In this document: in pieces, positions 20,722 through 31,295 of the stretch
Position numbering within the stretch: the first letter of the stretch is position 1
Layout of the letters: each line of letters opens with the position of its first letter
Source: Alphaproteobacteria bacterium
Lineage (GTDB): Bacteria > Pseudomonadota > Alphaproteobacteria > JASGCL01
Assembly: GCA_965203915.1 (NCBI GenBank)
Contig: OZ241918.1
Span: forward strand, 430,642 to 494,641
DNA: 64,000 nucleotides
Direction of reading: 5' to 3'
Notes under the pieces: generated by a model
Told to the model about the DNA's origin: nothing
Seen by the model: the letters and a program-made list of their open reading frames with translations, nothing else
The model's database searches: none
Position numbers and translations under genes: made by a program

Positions 20722-22431
20722 ATGGATATGACAGCCCCTGTAACAATGCCCACCAACCGTCCGTTAAGAATTGCCGTCATTCCATTTCGTGCCATGCTGG
20801 CCGATATCGACGGCAATATGGAAAAAATGGTGGCTATTCTTACATCTGAATCGCAACAAAAAACCGACCTGGTTATTTTTCCTGAATTGTCGCTTAGTGG
20901 TTATTATGCGCGCGACCTATATTACCAAAAACCATTTCTTGATAAGCACGATGAAGCCTTAGAAAAAATTATCAAGGCCTCGGGCGATAAAAACATGCCA
21001 GCCTGCATCATGGGGGCGGTGATGCGCGAGGGAAGCAAAATCTATAACAGCGCGTTGTTCATCGACGGCGGAAAAATAATAGGCCGCCATGATAAATTCC
21101 ATTTACCGCAAAACGATATTTTTGATGAAGCCCGTTATTTTACCCCCGCCAACCAGCATGATAAAAACTTCGCCACCCCCATGACATGGCGTGGTGTGAA
21201 ATGGGGCGTGATGGTATGCGAAGAATTATGGCACGAAGAAATACCAACCCTGCTGAAAAAAAATGGGGCCGAGGTCATGGTGGTTATCAATGCTTCGCCC
21301 TTTGAAAAAAATAAAAGCGCGCAACGTCTGGAACTTGTCTTATCCAATGTTGAACAACATGAATTGCCGATTATTTACAACAACATGTTGGCGGGGCTGG
21401 ACGAGGTTGTTTTGGATGGTCATAATATCGTGGTTGATGGTTTTGGTGATGTGGTTGCCAACCAGTGGTTTAAACAAGAACCCATTTATGTGACATGGCA
21501 AGATAAAAAAATAAGCGCGGAAAAAAAATATCAAGCTGTTTATCAGGGCGTTGATAATGACGATACGCTGGCATGTTACGAAGCACAATATGCCGCGGCG
21601 ATTGATTTAGCGTTGCGCGATTATGTTGCGCACCATGGTTTTAAAAAAGTCATGGTAGGGGTATCGGGCGGCGTTGATTCGGCCTTGGCCTTGGCTATAG
21701 CGGTTTTTGCCCTGGGCAAAGAGAAGGTGATGGCTTATTTTTTGCCCACCGCCTATTCCAGCGCTGAGAGCAAGGAAGATGCCGAAGCCCTGTGCCAGCA
21801 ATTTGGTGTGCCGCTACAGACCATCGAGATTGAGGCACTCTATCGTTTATCTTTGGCGACGCTGCACATAGCCGAAAAAAATAATGGCAAGGTTTCTATC
21901 ACCGCTCAAAATTTGCAAGCCCGTATGCGCGGTATGATATTGATGGCGATGTCGAACGAACATGGCGCGTTGTTATTGACGACAGGCAATAAGTCAGAAT
22001 TGGCGGCGGGGTATTTTACGTTGTATGGTGATGCTTGTGGTGGGTTTAACCCGATGAAGGACCTGTATAAAAAAGATGTCTATCGATTGGCAAGGTGGTT
22101 TAACCAACATCGCGCCGAAAAAATTCCCAACCGTATTTTGGAAAAAGAACCAACCGCCGAATTATCGCCCGGGCAAAAGGATTCGGACAGCTTGCTACCC
22201 TACGCCCAATTGGATGGGTTGTTAGAAAATATCATTGAAAATTTTGGCAGGGGTTTTGAGCATGATGGTGATAAAGTTTCTGAAAAAAGAATGGACGCGC
22301 CGCAGAGCAAACAGGTAGAAAAATTATTACGCCAAACCGAATACAAACGGCGCCAGGCCGCCCCTGGCCCCAAACTTACCACGCGGGCTTTTGGCAATGG
22401 TTGGCGGTTGCCGCTTGCGGGCAAATATTAA
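20722..22431 (+). CDS. nadE: Glutamine-dependent NAD+ synthetase (C-N hydrolase domain + NadE domain)
   Basis: 569 aa. N-terminal nitrilase-like domain. PP-loop GVSGGVDSALALAIA. Confidence 0.9.
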   Translation: MDMTAPVTMPTNRPLRIAVIPFRAMLADIDGNMEKMVAILTSESQQKTDLVIFPELSLSGYYARDLYYQKPFLDKHDEALEKIIKASGDKNMPACIMGAVMREGSKIYNSALFIDGGKIIGRHDKFHLPQNDIFDEARYFTPANQHDKNFATPMTWRGVKWGVMVCEELWHEEIPTLLKKNGAEVMVVINASPFEKNKSAQRLELVLSNVEQHELPIIYNNMLAGLDEVVLDGHNIVVDGFGDVVANQWFKQEPIYVTWQDKKISAEKKYQAVYQGVDNDDTLACYEAQYAAAIDLALRDYVAHHGFKKVMVGVSGGVDSALALAIAVFALGKEKVMAYFLPTAYSSAESKEDAEALCQQFGVPLQTIEIEALYRLSLATLHIAEKNNGKVSITAQNLQARMRGMILMAMSNEHGALLLTTGNKSELAAGYFTLYGDACGGFNPMKDLYKKDVYRLARWFNQHRAEKIPNRILEKEPTAELSPGQKDSDSLLPYAQLDGLLENIIENFGRGFEHDGDKVSEKRMDAPQSKQVEKLLRQTEYKRRQAAPGPKLTTRAFGNGWRLPLAGKY

Positions 22432-22465
22432 CAATTAATGTTGCTGTCATTTCGGTGGGTTGTTT

Positions 22466-23938
22466 TTACAGTGGCCGATTCGCATCATCGGCATACCAAT
22501 GTTGCGTTTGTTCATAGGCCGTGGCGATTTTTAATATTTCGGCGTCGTGGAATGGGCGTCCGACCAATTGCACGCCCGTTGGCATGCGCCCCGCGGCAAT
22601 GCCCGCCAAATTGTTGCTGTTAATATTGGCAAAACCCGACGGCATGGCGACGACGGGGCAACGGCTTTGATTGTTGAACAGACTGCTGATAAAAAGTTTT
22701 TCCTCGTTCTGAAATTTTTTTCTGATAATGCGCAGGTCGGTAATATTAAGGTTGTTTTGTTGAAAGTCAGATTTAACCCCCACCCGCGTTGTCATGGGGG
22801 TTAAGATGGCATGGTATTGTGAAAACACGCCAGCCAATTTTTGCGCAATGATGGATGTCATGGCCTCCCCCCGAAAATATTCATGGGCGGTGGTGGCATG
22901 GTGGAATAATCCCCATTCATGAATATATTTGCTGATAAGTTTTACTTTCCTTTTGTCGCGCACCATGGCACCAATGCCCGCCCCCGACACATGGGCGGTA
23001 TGCACCAGGGCTAGGTAAGAAAAATCCTTGGGTAAGGGAACATCGATCTCGGTGACCGTGGCACCTAATGATTGGTAAACCTTGGCAACCTCCCTCATGT
23101 TATCGGCGACCTCTTTTTCAATCTTGTAATTTTTGCCCCAATCAATCACCATGGCAATGTTGATATTTTGTAACGAAATGACTTCGGGTATGGTGTAATC
23201 AACCTTTTCATTGACCGAGGCAGGATCGCGAAAATCAATCCCCGCCATGACATCCATCATCATCGCAATATCTTTGTTGGAACGCGCCATGGGGCCAATA
23301 TGACAATAATAATCCATGCCCCAAGGTCCCATTTGTGGCACGCGGCCATAGGGGGCCTTGAACCCAACCACCCCCGACCAGGCGGCGGGAATTCTTATCG
23401 ACCCGCCAATATCACTGCCCGTGGCCAGCGGCGCAATGCCCCAGGCCAATCCCGCGGCCGAACCGCCCGACGAACCGCCAGGCGAAAAATATTCGTGCCA
23501 TGGGTTGGTGGTAACCCCGCGCAGGTCGGAATAGGTAAAGCAAATGCTAGAAAATTCAGGGGTGGTTGTTTTGGCAACGGGTATAGCCCCAGCATCCAAC
23601 AAACGTTGGATATGAATGTCGGTATATTCGTCGCGATAATTTTTATAAAGTTTGGAGCCGAAATCTTGGCGGCTGCCCTTTAGCGCGGCCTCTGATTTTA
23701 TCAAAAGGGGGATGCCCTCGAGCGGGCGGGCTTGGTTTCTTAAATAATTTTCTTCGGCTATTTTTGCTTCAATCAGGGCGCGTTTATCAAAAATTTGGGT
23801 TAGACAATTGCTTTTCTTTTGTGCATATTCCGCACGCTGCAACGACATGCGAACAACATCAACGGGCGATAATTCTTTGTTTAAAAACATTTGGCGCAAG
23901 CGATAAGCTGGCAAATAAAGAACGTCATCGTCTTTCAT
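22466..23938 (-). CDS. Amidase-signature (AS) family amidase
   Basis: 490 aa with the GGSSGGSAAGLA motif. Monocistronic. A 336-bp AT-rich spacer lies upstream. Confidence 0.8.
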   Translation of the reverse strand: MKDDDVLYLPAYRLRQMFLNKELSPVDVVRMSLQRAEYAQKKSNCLTQIFDKRALIEAKIAEENYLRNQARPLEGIPLLIKSEAALKGSRQDFGSKLYKNYRDEYTDIHIQRLLDAGAIPVAKTTTPEFSSICFTYSDLRGVTTNPWHEYFSPGGSSGGSAAGLAWGIAPLATGSDIGGSIRIPAAWSGVVGFKAPYGRVPQMGPWGMDYYCHIGPMARSNKDIAMMMDVMAGIDFRDPASVNEKVDYTIPEVISLQNINIAMVIDWGKNYKIEKEVADNMREVAKVYQSLGATVTEIDVPLPKDFSYLALVHTAHVSGAGIGAMVRDKRKVKLISKYIHEWGLFHHATTAHEYFRGEAMTSIIAQKLAGVFSQYHAILTPMTTRVGVKSDFQQNNLNITDLRIIRKKFQNEEKLFISSLFNNQSRCPVVAMPSGFANINSNNLAGIAAGRMPTGVQLVGRPFHDAEILKIATAYEQTQHWYADDANRPL

Positions 23939-24274
23939 GGTCTGTATTGTAAGATATAATATATTATAAACAAGAGAGAAATGGCGAAGAATGAAATTTT
24001 TTTACTAATATTAAAATAAAAGATGTTATAATTTTTTTATCTACTTAAAAAAGAAAATATTGCTAGAAAATTTTTTTACAATAGTTTTAATAATAAAATA
24101 GTAGTTTTTATTATTAAAATAAGAAAAAAAATAAGCTGTTAAAATATAATTTAATCTTAAAAATAGAAAATACGATTCGCAAAAATTTTTTTGACGAGAA
24201 TTTTATAAAAAAAGTGAGATAATAGATATTATTATTTTTTTTATATATTTTAAAGTAATATTCTACAGGCTATT

Positions 24275-25693
24275 TTACAGGCGAAAATCGGTGATACGCC
24301 CCGTCATGGCCGACGCCGCGGCCAGGGCAGGCGACATCAAATGGGTGCGGCCACCGCGCCCTTGGCGTCCTTCAAAATTCCTATTGCTGGTTGACGCGCA
24401 ACGTTCGCCTGGGCTCAATTGGTCGGGGTTCATTCCCAAACACATCGAACAACCTGCATCGCGCCATTCAAAACCAGCCTGCAGAAAAATTTTATGCAGT
24501 CCCTCTTTTTCCGCCTGCTCCTTCACCAACCCCGAACCTGGCACAATCATCGCCAATTTTATATTGTCGGCGATTTTTTTACCTTGCGCCAAATATTTAT
24601 CCACGATATTGGCAACAACCCGCAGGTCCTCTATCCGACCATTGGTGCAACTGCCGATAAAAATTTTATCCAAGGTAATATCTTGGATCTTGGTGCCAGG
24701 GTTCAACCCCATGTAATCAAGGGCGCGCAGCATGCCATTTTTTTTATCAATGGTTTTTGCCGAATCGGGGTCGGGCACTTTGCCGTCAATGCTCACCACG
24801 TCTTCGGGGCTGGTGCCCCAACTTACCATCGGGGTTATGTCGCTGGCTTGTAATATAACATCCTTGTCATAATGGGCATTGTCATCGCTGTATAATGTTC
24901 GCCAATAGGCAACGGCTTTATCCCAATTTTCACCCTTGGGGGCGCGGGGGCGACCTTTGATATAGGCAAAAGTTTTTTCATCGGGGGCGATTAAACCCGC
25001 ACGCGCCCCGCCTTCGATACTCATGTTGCAAATGGTCATGCGCCCCTCCATCGACAGGTCGCGAATAACCTTGCCCGCATATTCGATAACATGGCCATTG
25101 CCACCCGCGGTGCCGATATGCCCAATGATATACAGAATAATATCCTTCGCCGTGACCCCAGGTAATGGCTCGCCATTGATAAGCACCCGCATATTTTTGG
25201 CGGGGCGTTGGATAAGGGTTTGCGTGGCGAGGACATGCTCAACCTCCGACGTGCCAATACCAAAGGCTAAGGCACCAAAAGCCCCATGGGTGGAGGTATG
25301 AGAATCCCCACAGACGATGGTCATGCCAGGTTGGGTAAGGCCTTGCTCGGGCCCGATAATATGAACAATGCCCTGGCGTTTATCTTGTAAATTAAAAAAC
25401 TCTATACCAAAGTCTTTGCAATTTTTTGCTAGGGTTTCTATCTGCAGGCGGCTTTCTTCATTGTCAATTTTTTCACGGTTTACGGTGGGAACATTATGGT
25501 CGGCAACCGCCAAGGTTTTTTCGGGGTGACGCACGGTGCGCTTCGCCAGGCGTAACCCCTCGAAAGCTTGGGGGCTTGTTACCTCATGCACCAAATGACG
25601 ATCGATGTATATGAGCGACACACCATTGCTATCCTGGTGGATGAGATGGTCATGCCAAATTTTATCAAACAAGGTTTGGGGCGTGGTAGACAT
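24275..25693 (-). CDS. leuC: 3-isopropylmalate dehydratase large subunit
   Basis: 472 aa, aconitase-family, with canonical LeuC N-terminus [11 protein letters not shown]. No leuD adjacent. Confidence 0.92.
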   Translation of the reverse strand: MSTTPQTLFDKIWHDHLIHQDSNGVSLIYIDRHLVHEVTSPQAFEGLRLAKRTVRHPEKTLAVADHNVPTVNREKIDNEESRLQIETLAKNCKDFGIEFFNLQDKRQGIVHIIGPEQGLTQPGMTIVCGDSHTSTHGAFGALAFGIGTSEVEHVLATQTLIQRPAKNMRVLINGEPLPGVTAKDIILYIIGHIGTAGGNGHVIEYAGKVIRDLSMEGRMTICNMSIEGGARAGLIAPDEKTFAYIKGRPRAPKGENWDKAVAYWRTLYSDDNAHYDKDVILQASDITPMVSWGTSPEDVVSIDGKVPDPDSAKTIDKKNGMLRALDYMGLNPGTKIQDITLDKIFIGSCTNGRIEDLRVVANIVDKYLAQGKKIADNIKLAMIVPGSGLVKEQAEKEGLHKIFLQAGFEWRDAGCSMCLGMNPDQLSPGERCASTSNRNFEGRQGRGGRTHLMSPALAAASAMTGRITDFRL

Positions 25694-26042
25694 TTTTTTA
25701 TTCCTTAAATTTGATTTTTGGGGACAAATAAAATTTATATTCCTTTTATCGTTGTTTAAATAGCATAAATGATAAAAAAGACAACAGAAGAGGCTTATTA
25801 ATGGATCTTATAAATGACATAAAAATTTTAACCCTGCAATATTTTCTATTATAAATAATTCAACTTAAAAGTAAACAGGTATAAGTTGCATAAATATGTC
25901 TTATATGAAGAAAAAAGATGTAAATAACATGATATTTATAGAGTATTTCCCTTAATACTATTGACAAGAAAATTTAAACTATGTAAAATAGAATTATACT
26001 CTAATAATATAATATAAATAAGAAGAAAATTGCATATAATCA

Positions 26043-26408
26043 ATGAACTATAATATATATTACCTACTTAAAGACAATATTTCAGTATTATTATCTCTGG
26101 AATTCATGGTTTTTTGCTTGCTGATGTTCATTTTTTCAGCAAAAGTAGTGAATTTTTTCTTGCGCCTGGCAGAACAAGTCAGCAAACAAATTGTTCGCGA
26201 TGTCATTGGCGCAAACAAGATGTTGCCAAGTTTCAAACTGGCAAGGGTGATGATGGTTTCTCTTATTAAGACTAGCGTGAAGTTTAGCCATTATCGCACC
26301 CTTAATTATTTTAAAATAATAAGCGCGGCGATGAATCGCCACGACAGCAAGCGAAAAATGGATAAAAGCAAATTAGGACTGAGCGTGGGGCCAGTATTTA
26401 ATTCTTAA
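26043..26408 (+). CDS. Orphan AT-rich ORF (hypothetical, possibly non-coding)
   Basis: 121 aa ORF within a 730-bp AT-rich gap. No recognisable motif. Confidence 0.2.
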   Translation: MNYNIYYLLKDNISVLLSLEFMVFCLLMFIFSAKVVNFFLRLAEQVSKQIVRDVIGANKMLPSFKLARVMMVSLIKTSVKFSHYRTLNYFKIISAAMNRHDSKRKMDKSKLGLSVGPVFNS

Positions 26409-26507
26409 ACTTAACTTATTTTGATTAGCCATGGGATACAGGAGGACTTTTTTATGACAAATAAAAAACATATTAAAAAAACGAAGCCGCCTGTGGCGGT
26501 TATTGTC

Positions 26508-26640
26508 GCCAACAAAAAAGATGGGAGCGAGGCTGTCTTGCAAGGCAAATATTTTCTATGGCGCGCTATGCCTGACCTCAACGACAGGACGCAACAACCA
26601 ATGGTGCGTTATGCCCGTCGGCAACGGCGCGCCGTAAAAA
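26508..26640 (-). pseudogene. Degenerate ~110-130 bp paralogous copy of the 3' end of mlaF (gene remnant)
   Basis: By-eye alignment of 26521-26640 against 26751-26880 gives about 73% identity over the best 51 nt. The + frame translations share motifs (AVLQGKYFLWRAMP vs GVLRGKHFLWRALP), which is the antisense of the MlaF C-terminus. Confidence 0.5.
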
Positions 26641-26735
26641 CCATGGATAGCAACAACCAGGGACGGGGCTCTTCTTCAAGATGGGGCGTTATGCCTCAAC
26701 AAGAATATTTAGAAAAACTTAAGGTTTCTGTGATA

Positions 26736-27497
26736 TTACTTGCGGGCGTCGACAAAGGCACGAACGAGGGGGTGTTGCGAGGCAAACATTTCTTGTGGCG
26801 TGCCCTGCCAGGCGATAACACCCTGATGCAGCAATGCCACGCGGCTCGCGGTGTGGCGAACAGTGTCGAGGTCGTGGGTAATGGTAATGGCGGTCGCGTT
26901 ATAGGCACGGATATTCTCCAATACCAAATTGTCAATGACGCGGCACATCAATGGGTCCAGCCCCGCGGTGGGCTCGTCAACAAATAATAATTGGGGTTTC
27001 ATAAACAGGGCGCGGGCCAAGCCAACGCGTTTTTTCATACCGCCCGAAATCTCCGCGGGGAAGAGGTCAGCATTTTCAGCCCCCACCCCCACCCGTTGCA
27101 TCAGGTCGATGGCCTGGGAGCGAGCCTCAGTTTTATTTAATTGTTTGGTTTGATAGGCCTGGAAAGCAACATTTTGCCACAAGGGCAAGGAATCAAACAA
27201 AGCCGAATATTGAAACAACATGCCAATTTTTTGAAAAACATCGGCTAATTTGTTGCGCGACGCATGGGCGGGTTCGATACCAAACAGCGACACCTGCCCT
27301 TGGTAAGGAACATCCAGCAGGCCCAAAATAGATTTAAACAAAACCGATTTTCCCGAACCCGAGGCACCAATCACCGCCAATGATTCGCCGCGCGCCAAAT
27401 GGATGGAAAGGTTTTGTAAAACCTGTTTGTTGCCAAACTTCACCGATAGGTTTTTAACGGTGATAAGATTGTCGGGGTTGTTTACAATAGATGACAT
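26736..27497 (-). CDS. mlaF: ABC transporter ATP-binding protein MlaF (Mla/Ttg2 phospholipid ABC system); ORF extends to 27554
   Basis: Walker A GASGSGKS, signature ISGGMKKRV, Walker B LFVDEP. Confidence 0.88.
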   Translation of the reverse strand: MSSIVNNPDNLITVKNLSVKFGNKQVLQNLSIHLARGESLAVIGASGSGKSVLFKSILGLLDVPYQGQVSLFGIEPAHASRNKLADVFQKIGMLFQYSALFDSLPLWQNVAFQAYQTKQLNKTEARSQAIDLMQRVGVGAENADLFPAEISGGMKKRVGLARALFMKPQLLFVDEPTAGLDPLMCRVIDNLVLENIRAYNATAITITHDLDTVRHTASRVALLHQGVIAWQGTPQEMFASQHPLVRAFVDARK

Positions 27498-27516
27498 GTA
27501 TTTTTTGTAATATTTA

Positions 27517-28380
27517 TTATTGATACCACCAGATGGTAATAAGGAAATTGGCAATTAAAATGAGGATGGATGAGCTGACCACGGCGCGGGTGGTGGCTAT
27601 CCCCACTCCTTCGGCGCCGCCCGCACAATGATAACCATGGTAACAACCCATCAGGGCGACTATCAAGCCAAAGGCGAAGGCTTTGATTAAACCGCCAAAC
27701 ACCCCGTCAAAGGTAATGGCGGCCCAAGCATTGTTAAGAAAAACGTCGCTGGGCAATTGCAATTGTTGCACCGCCATGATGTAGCCACCAAAAATACCCA
27801 ACAGGTCGCCCACCAACACCAACAGCGGCAGCATAACCATGGCCGCCAGCAAGCGCGGAAAAACCAAATAAGAAAAAACATTGGTGTTGAGGGTATGCAG
27901 GGCATCGATCTGTTCGCTGACGCGCATCGTGCCAATTTCGGCGGATATGGCCGAACCTATCCGCCCCGCCACCATCAGTCCAACCAACACGGGCGATAAT
28001 TCCTTTATCATGGCGAACACCACCAAATTGGGAACGGCAACGGGGGCCAGGCTGGCGTTTAAACTGCCGATAGCCTGTATCGCCAGCACCATGCCGCTAA
28101 AAATAGTGGTGAGGCCAATAACGGGCAGGGAGTAAAAACCAATCTCGCTCATCTGCGCCAACCACAGGCGCGGGTAGTAAGGTGGAACAATGCCCGCCAT
28201 GACGCCGCGTATAAAAAACGACAATGTCGCGCCCGCCGAATCAATGACGGACAATAATGTATGCCCCGCCGTGCCGAACAAAGACAAAATCCCAAAGAAA
28301 TATTGTTGCAAGAACTTCATCGCGTCATTCATAGCACAGCGACCAGGCTTTGTCATTATGCTATCAAATGACCACGGCAA
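27517..28380 (-). CDS. mlaE: ABC transporter permease MlaE
   Basis: 287 aa polytopic protein. Immediately upstream of mlaF on the same strand. Confidence 0.85.
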   Translation of the reverse strand: MPWSFDSIMTKPGRCAMNDAMKFLQQYFFGILSLFGTAGHTLLSVIDSAGATLSFFIRGVMAGIVPPYYPRLWLAQMSEIGFYSLPVIGLTTIFSGMVLAIQAIGSLNASLAPVAVPNLVVFAMIKELSPVLVGLMVAGRIGSAISAEIGTMRVSEQIDALHTLNTNVFSYLVFPRLLAAMVMLPLLVLVGDLLGIFGGYIMAVQQLQLPSDVFLNNAWAAITFDGVFGGLIKAFAFGLIVALMGCYHGYHCAGGAEGVGIATTRAVVSSSILILIANFLITIWWYQ

Positions 28381-28385
28381 AAATA

Positions 28386-30395
28386 TTATTGCTTGGCAAT
28401 TTTATCAAGCATCGGCGCCAGGATGTGCCTGGCTTGCCATAGGCTGCCACTACGCGAAAGGTGATTATTATCGCGATACATGATCTCGTTTTGTTCGTTA
28501 TAAACATGGCAAACCCCATGGGGGCAGAAATAGGGCAGGCTGTAAATAATTTCCGCGCCGTGAATTTCTTTGATAATGTTGAGGTAATCGCTTTGTGCCG
28601 CCGCCATGTCGGACAATGTGACGTCGCAATTTAATGCGGGTTTAAATAATATGGGACGCCATAAACAATTGCGCGGTGCATGACGAAATTCGGGGTTGTC
28701 GGTCAAATAATGAACATGCTTGCCCAAAGAATTAAAAACATCGATGGTGTTTTGAAAAAATTGTTGATACAAATGGGGCGGTATGATCTCAAATGACGGT
28801 TTGGATTCCCAATAACCATAACCCTTGATATGGGTGCCGCGAAAGGCAAAGAAAACATCGGTGATATCTTTTTTATTTTTGAGGGCAGTGGTGATTTGTT
28901 GCAAATGGCGTCGACATCCTTCCCTATGTTTTGCGGTTTTGGCCATGGTTTCCATACCTAGCAGGGTTGGTTGGCACCAAGGGGAAAGCATAATGACATT
29001 GACGGGTTTGTTTTCTAAATAAGTTTTGATTCCGTAATAAGATTCCAAAGCATGGGAATCGCCCAGCAACAAAATTGTTTTGTTGGCCCCCTTGTCATCA
29101 ATCGCGCAAGCAATATCAAAACCATCGCCAAAATATTTTTTGCAATTTTTGATGTCGGTGGCATCGGTGTTAAAACCAACAAATTGCCGCTCGTCATAAA
29201 CGGTGGTTTTATCCTTTATCCGCCACGGCAAGCCATGATAATGATAAGTTGCCGCACCAAGCACCGCCACAACCACCATACCGCCCAGCAAGTAAAAACT
29301 TTTCCTTGTTTGGTTTTTGCCAAACCTGATGGGTTTTTCGATGAATCGATAGGTTAAAAACGCCAGGACAAATGATGCCGCCACAGCAGCGATGGTCATG
29401 GCAAGTGGCAATTCTTCCTGATTAATAATGCGTAAATAAATCAAAATAGGCCAATGCCACAAATAAAGCGGGTAGCTGATAAGGCCAATCGCCACCAGCA
29501 AGCGACTGCCCAATATATATTTGTTGAATAGCGATGTTGCGCCAGCCATCAAGATAAGCGCACTGCCCAGCACCACAGGCAAGGCGCCCCAGCCAGGGTA
29601 AATACCCGATTGAATTTTAAACAGCATGGCGTAGGCGATGATACCCACCCCGCTCAATGATAAAACATGACGTAGGAGGGATTGTATTTTTTTGTTAGCA
29701 ATATTGTTGAGGGGCGATGGCCAGCAAGCCAACAATGCCCCCGTCATTAATTCCCAAAATCGGCTAAAGGGGGAATAAAAATCGGCCGCAGTATTGTTAT
29801 GATAAACAGCAATGTTGTAAGCAAAAGACGCCAACCAAAGCAGCGACAAAATAACAGGCAAATTATATTTTTTCTTATAGGCAAGAAACATGACCAATGG
29901 CCATAGGATATAAAATTGTTCTTCGATTCCCAAACTCCATAAATGCAACAGGGGTTTCGTTTTTAAATCAAAATAATTCATGCTTTCTTGCCAAGAAAAA
30001 AGATTGCTCACAAATGCGGCGCCAGCAAAAACATGCCCGCCCAGGGCTTGGTATTCATCGGCCAACAGGGCAAAATACCCAAAGCCAAGCGCAACAAACA
30101 ACATAAGCAACAGGGCGGGGAAAATACGCCTAATGCGGCGGTGATAAAAATCGATGAAGCTGAAACTATTATTTTTTAAGCCCGATAAAATAATACCCGT
30201 GATAAGAAATCCAGAGATGACGAAGAAAATATCAACGCCGATAAAACCATTTCGTGAATAATAAGAATTGGGGAAGGCATGAAAAATGACAACCAACAAA
30301 ACCGCCACGGCGCGCAAGCCATCAATGTCACGGCGGTAAAAAGATTGTCCCTTCATGGAAGACATTGTGTAGCCATAGGCTACACAAGAAAGCAA
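28386..30395 (-). CDS. Acyltransferase-3 family membrane protein with C-terminal SGNH domain (OafA/YrhL-like O-acetyltransferase)
   Basis: 669 aa. N-terminal 10-11 TM region starting RRDIDGLRAVAVLLVVIFH. Soluble C-terminal domain. Confidence 0.8.
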   Translation of the reverse strand: MLSCVAYGYTMSSMKGQSFYRRDIDGLRAVAVLLVVIFHAFPNSYYSRNGFIGVDIFFVISGFLITGIILSGLKNNSFSFIDFYHRRIRRIFPALLLMLFVALGFGYFALLADEYQALGGHVFAGAAFVSNLFSWQESMNYFDLKTKPLLHLWSLGIEEQFYILWPLVMFLAYKKKYNLPVILSLLWLASFAYNIAVYHNNTAADFYSPFSRFWELMTGALLACWPSPLNNIANKKIQSLLRHVLSLSGVGIIAYAMLFKIQSGIYPGWGALPVVLGSALILMAGATSLFNKYILGSRLLVAIGLISYPLYLWHWPILIYLRIINQEELPLAMTIAAVAASFVLAFLTYRFIEKPIRFGKNQTRKSFYLLGGMVVVAVLGAATYHYHGLPWRIKDKTTVYDERQFVGFNTDATDIKNCKKYFGDGFDIACAIDDKGANKTILLLGDSHALESYYGIKTYLENKPVNVIMLSPWCQPTLLGMETMAKTAKHREGCRRHLQQITTALKNKKDITDVFFAFRGTHIKGYGYWESKPSFEIIPPHLYQQFFQNTIDVFNSLGKHVHYLTDNPEFRHAPRNCLWRPILFKPALNCDVTLSDMAAAQSDYLNIIKEIHGAEIIYSLPYFCPHGVCHVYNEQNEIMYRDNNHLSRSGSLWQARHILAPMLDKIAKQ

Positions 30396-30451
30396 TCAAA
30401 TAAAGAATCTTATCAAAAAATAAATAATATCGTCTAGATATTATTTATTTT

Positions 30452-30505
30452 ATCAACCGATGATAATCTTGGATCGATTTCACGGTGGTTGGGCGGGCGG
30501 TGGCG
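30452..30505. repeat. Left 54-bp direct repeat, a copy of the carB 3' terminus (53/54 identical to 31296-31349)
   Basis: Read directly: atcaaccgatgataatcttggatcgatttcacggtggttgggcgggcggtggcg. Confidence 0.95.
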
Positions 30506-31295
30506 TTTCTTAAATAATTATTTTTAATAATATTTGCTAGGTTTGTGAATAATATTGCCGTTGGCTAGGGTTATTGAATCAGGCAATAGATTTGCTTGTA
30601 TTCTGGCACTGGTTATTTCTTCCCAAAATTGGGATAGTTTTATCATGCCACTCATTTTTGTCATATTGGGTGGGGTTAAAAGAAATATGAATTTATTCAT
30701 TTCTTTTAATTTTTGGATGGCGGGTATGAAGTCAGTATCGTTGGTTATTATCATAGCGCAATCAAATTTATTTTCATAAGCATCGGCAACCATGTGAATA
30801 GACATTTTTACATCGGTCTCTTTTTCTTCATGCTTATTCCATTTGTGTTTGCATGAAGGGCATCTTGCGGCTTTTTTCTTAAAATGAGATATAGCGCAAT
30901 GAACGCCCGTTGCTTCTAAGGCCTTTATGAGGGCATTGTGCCTTTGGTAAACATCCGCGCCCAACCATGTTGCAAAAGCACTATAATAATTGACTGCTTC
31001 CAGGGTTTTGCCATCTTTGCAGAAGGATTCACATAATGATTTGATATTTATCCATTTCAATTTTTCATCATCACATTTTTTTATGCCATGATACAAATTA
31101 TAACCATCAACATATGCAAGCACTCTCATTGATTGTCCCTTTAAAAAAAGCAAGGGCGAGTGCGAAAAGATATTATCTAATCATACCCGCCCTGCACGCT
31201 CTGCTTACAAAGAAACAGAGATTAACATATAATAAACATAACAATTTGGTTGTAAATTGTCAATATAGCAATAACTACTATATTAGTTATCGCTA
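30506..31295. mobile_element. 790-bp low-GC cassette carrying the NYN gene, inserted at the carB stop codon and flanked by the 54-bp direct repeats
   Basis: Composition shift. Flanking direct repeats derive from the target gene terminus. Confidence 0.5.
30524..31153 (-). CDS. NYN-domain (LabA-like, PIN-fold) predicted nuclease; probable start MRVLAYVDGYN near 31129
   Basis: 209 aa. YVDGYNL N-terminal motif and ITNDTDF acidic motif typical of NYN/LabA. Has an embedded CPSCKHKW zinc-ribbon-like segment. Strongly AT-rich. Confidence 0.65.
   Translation of the reverse strand: MLFLKGQSMRVLAYVDGYNLYHGIKKCDDEKLKWINIKSLCESFCKDGKTLEAVNYYSAFATWLGADVYQRHNALIKALEATGVHCAISHFKKKAARCPSCKHKWNKHEEKETDVKMSIHMVADAYENKFDCAMIITNDTDFIPAIQKLKEMNKFIFLLTPPNMTKMSGMIKLSQFWEEITSARIQANLLPDSITLANGNIIHKPSKYY

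Noticed and set aside
24275-25693. leuC as a pseudogene because leuD is missing
   Set aside because: The ORF is full length with conserved N- and C-terminal motifs. leuC and leuD being unlinked is known in some lineages.
26421-26987. 188-aa + strand ORF
   Set aside because: Its 3' half is antisense to mlaF and its 5' half is antisense to a degenerate copy of the mlaF end. It is an artefact of the duplication, not a gene.
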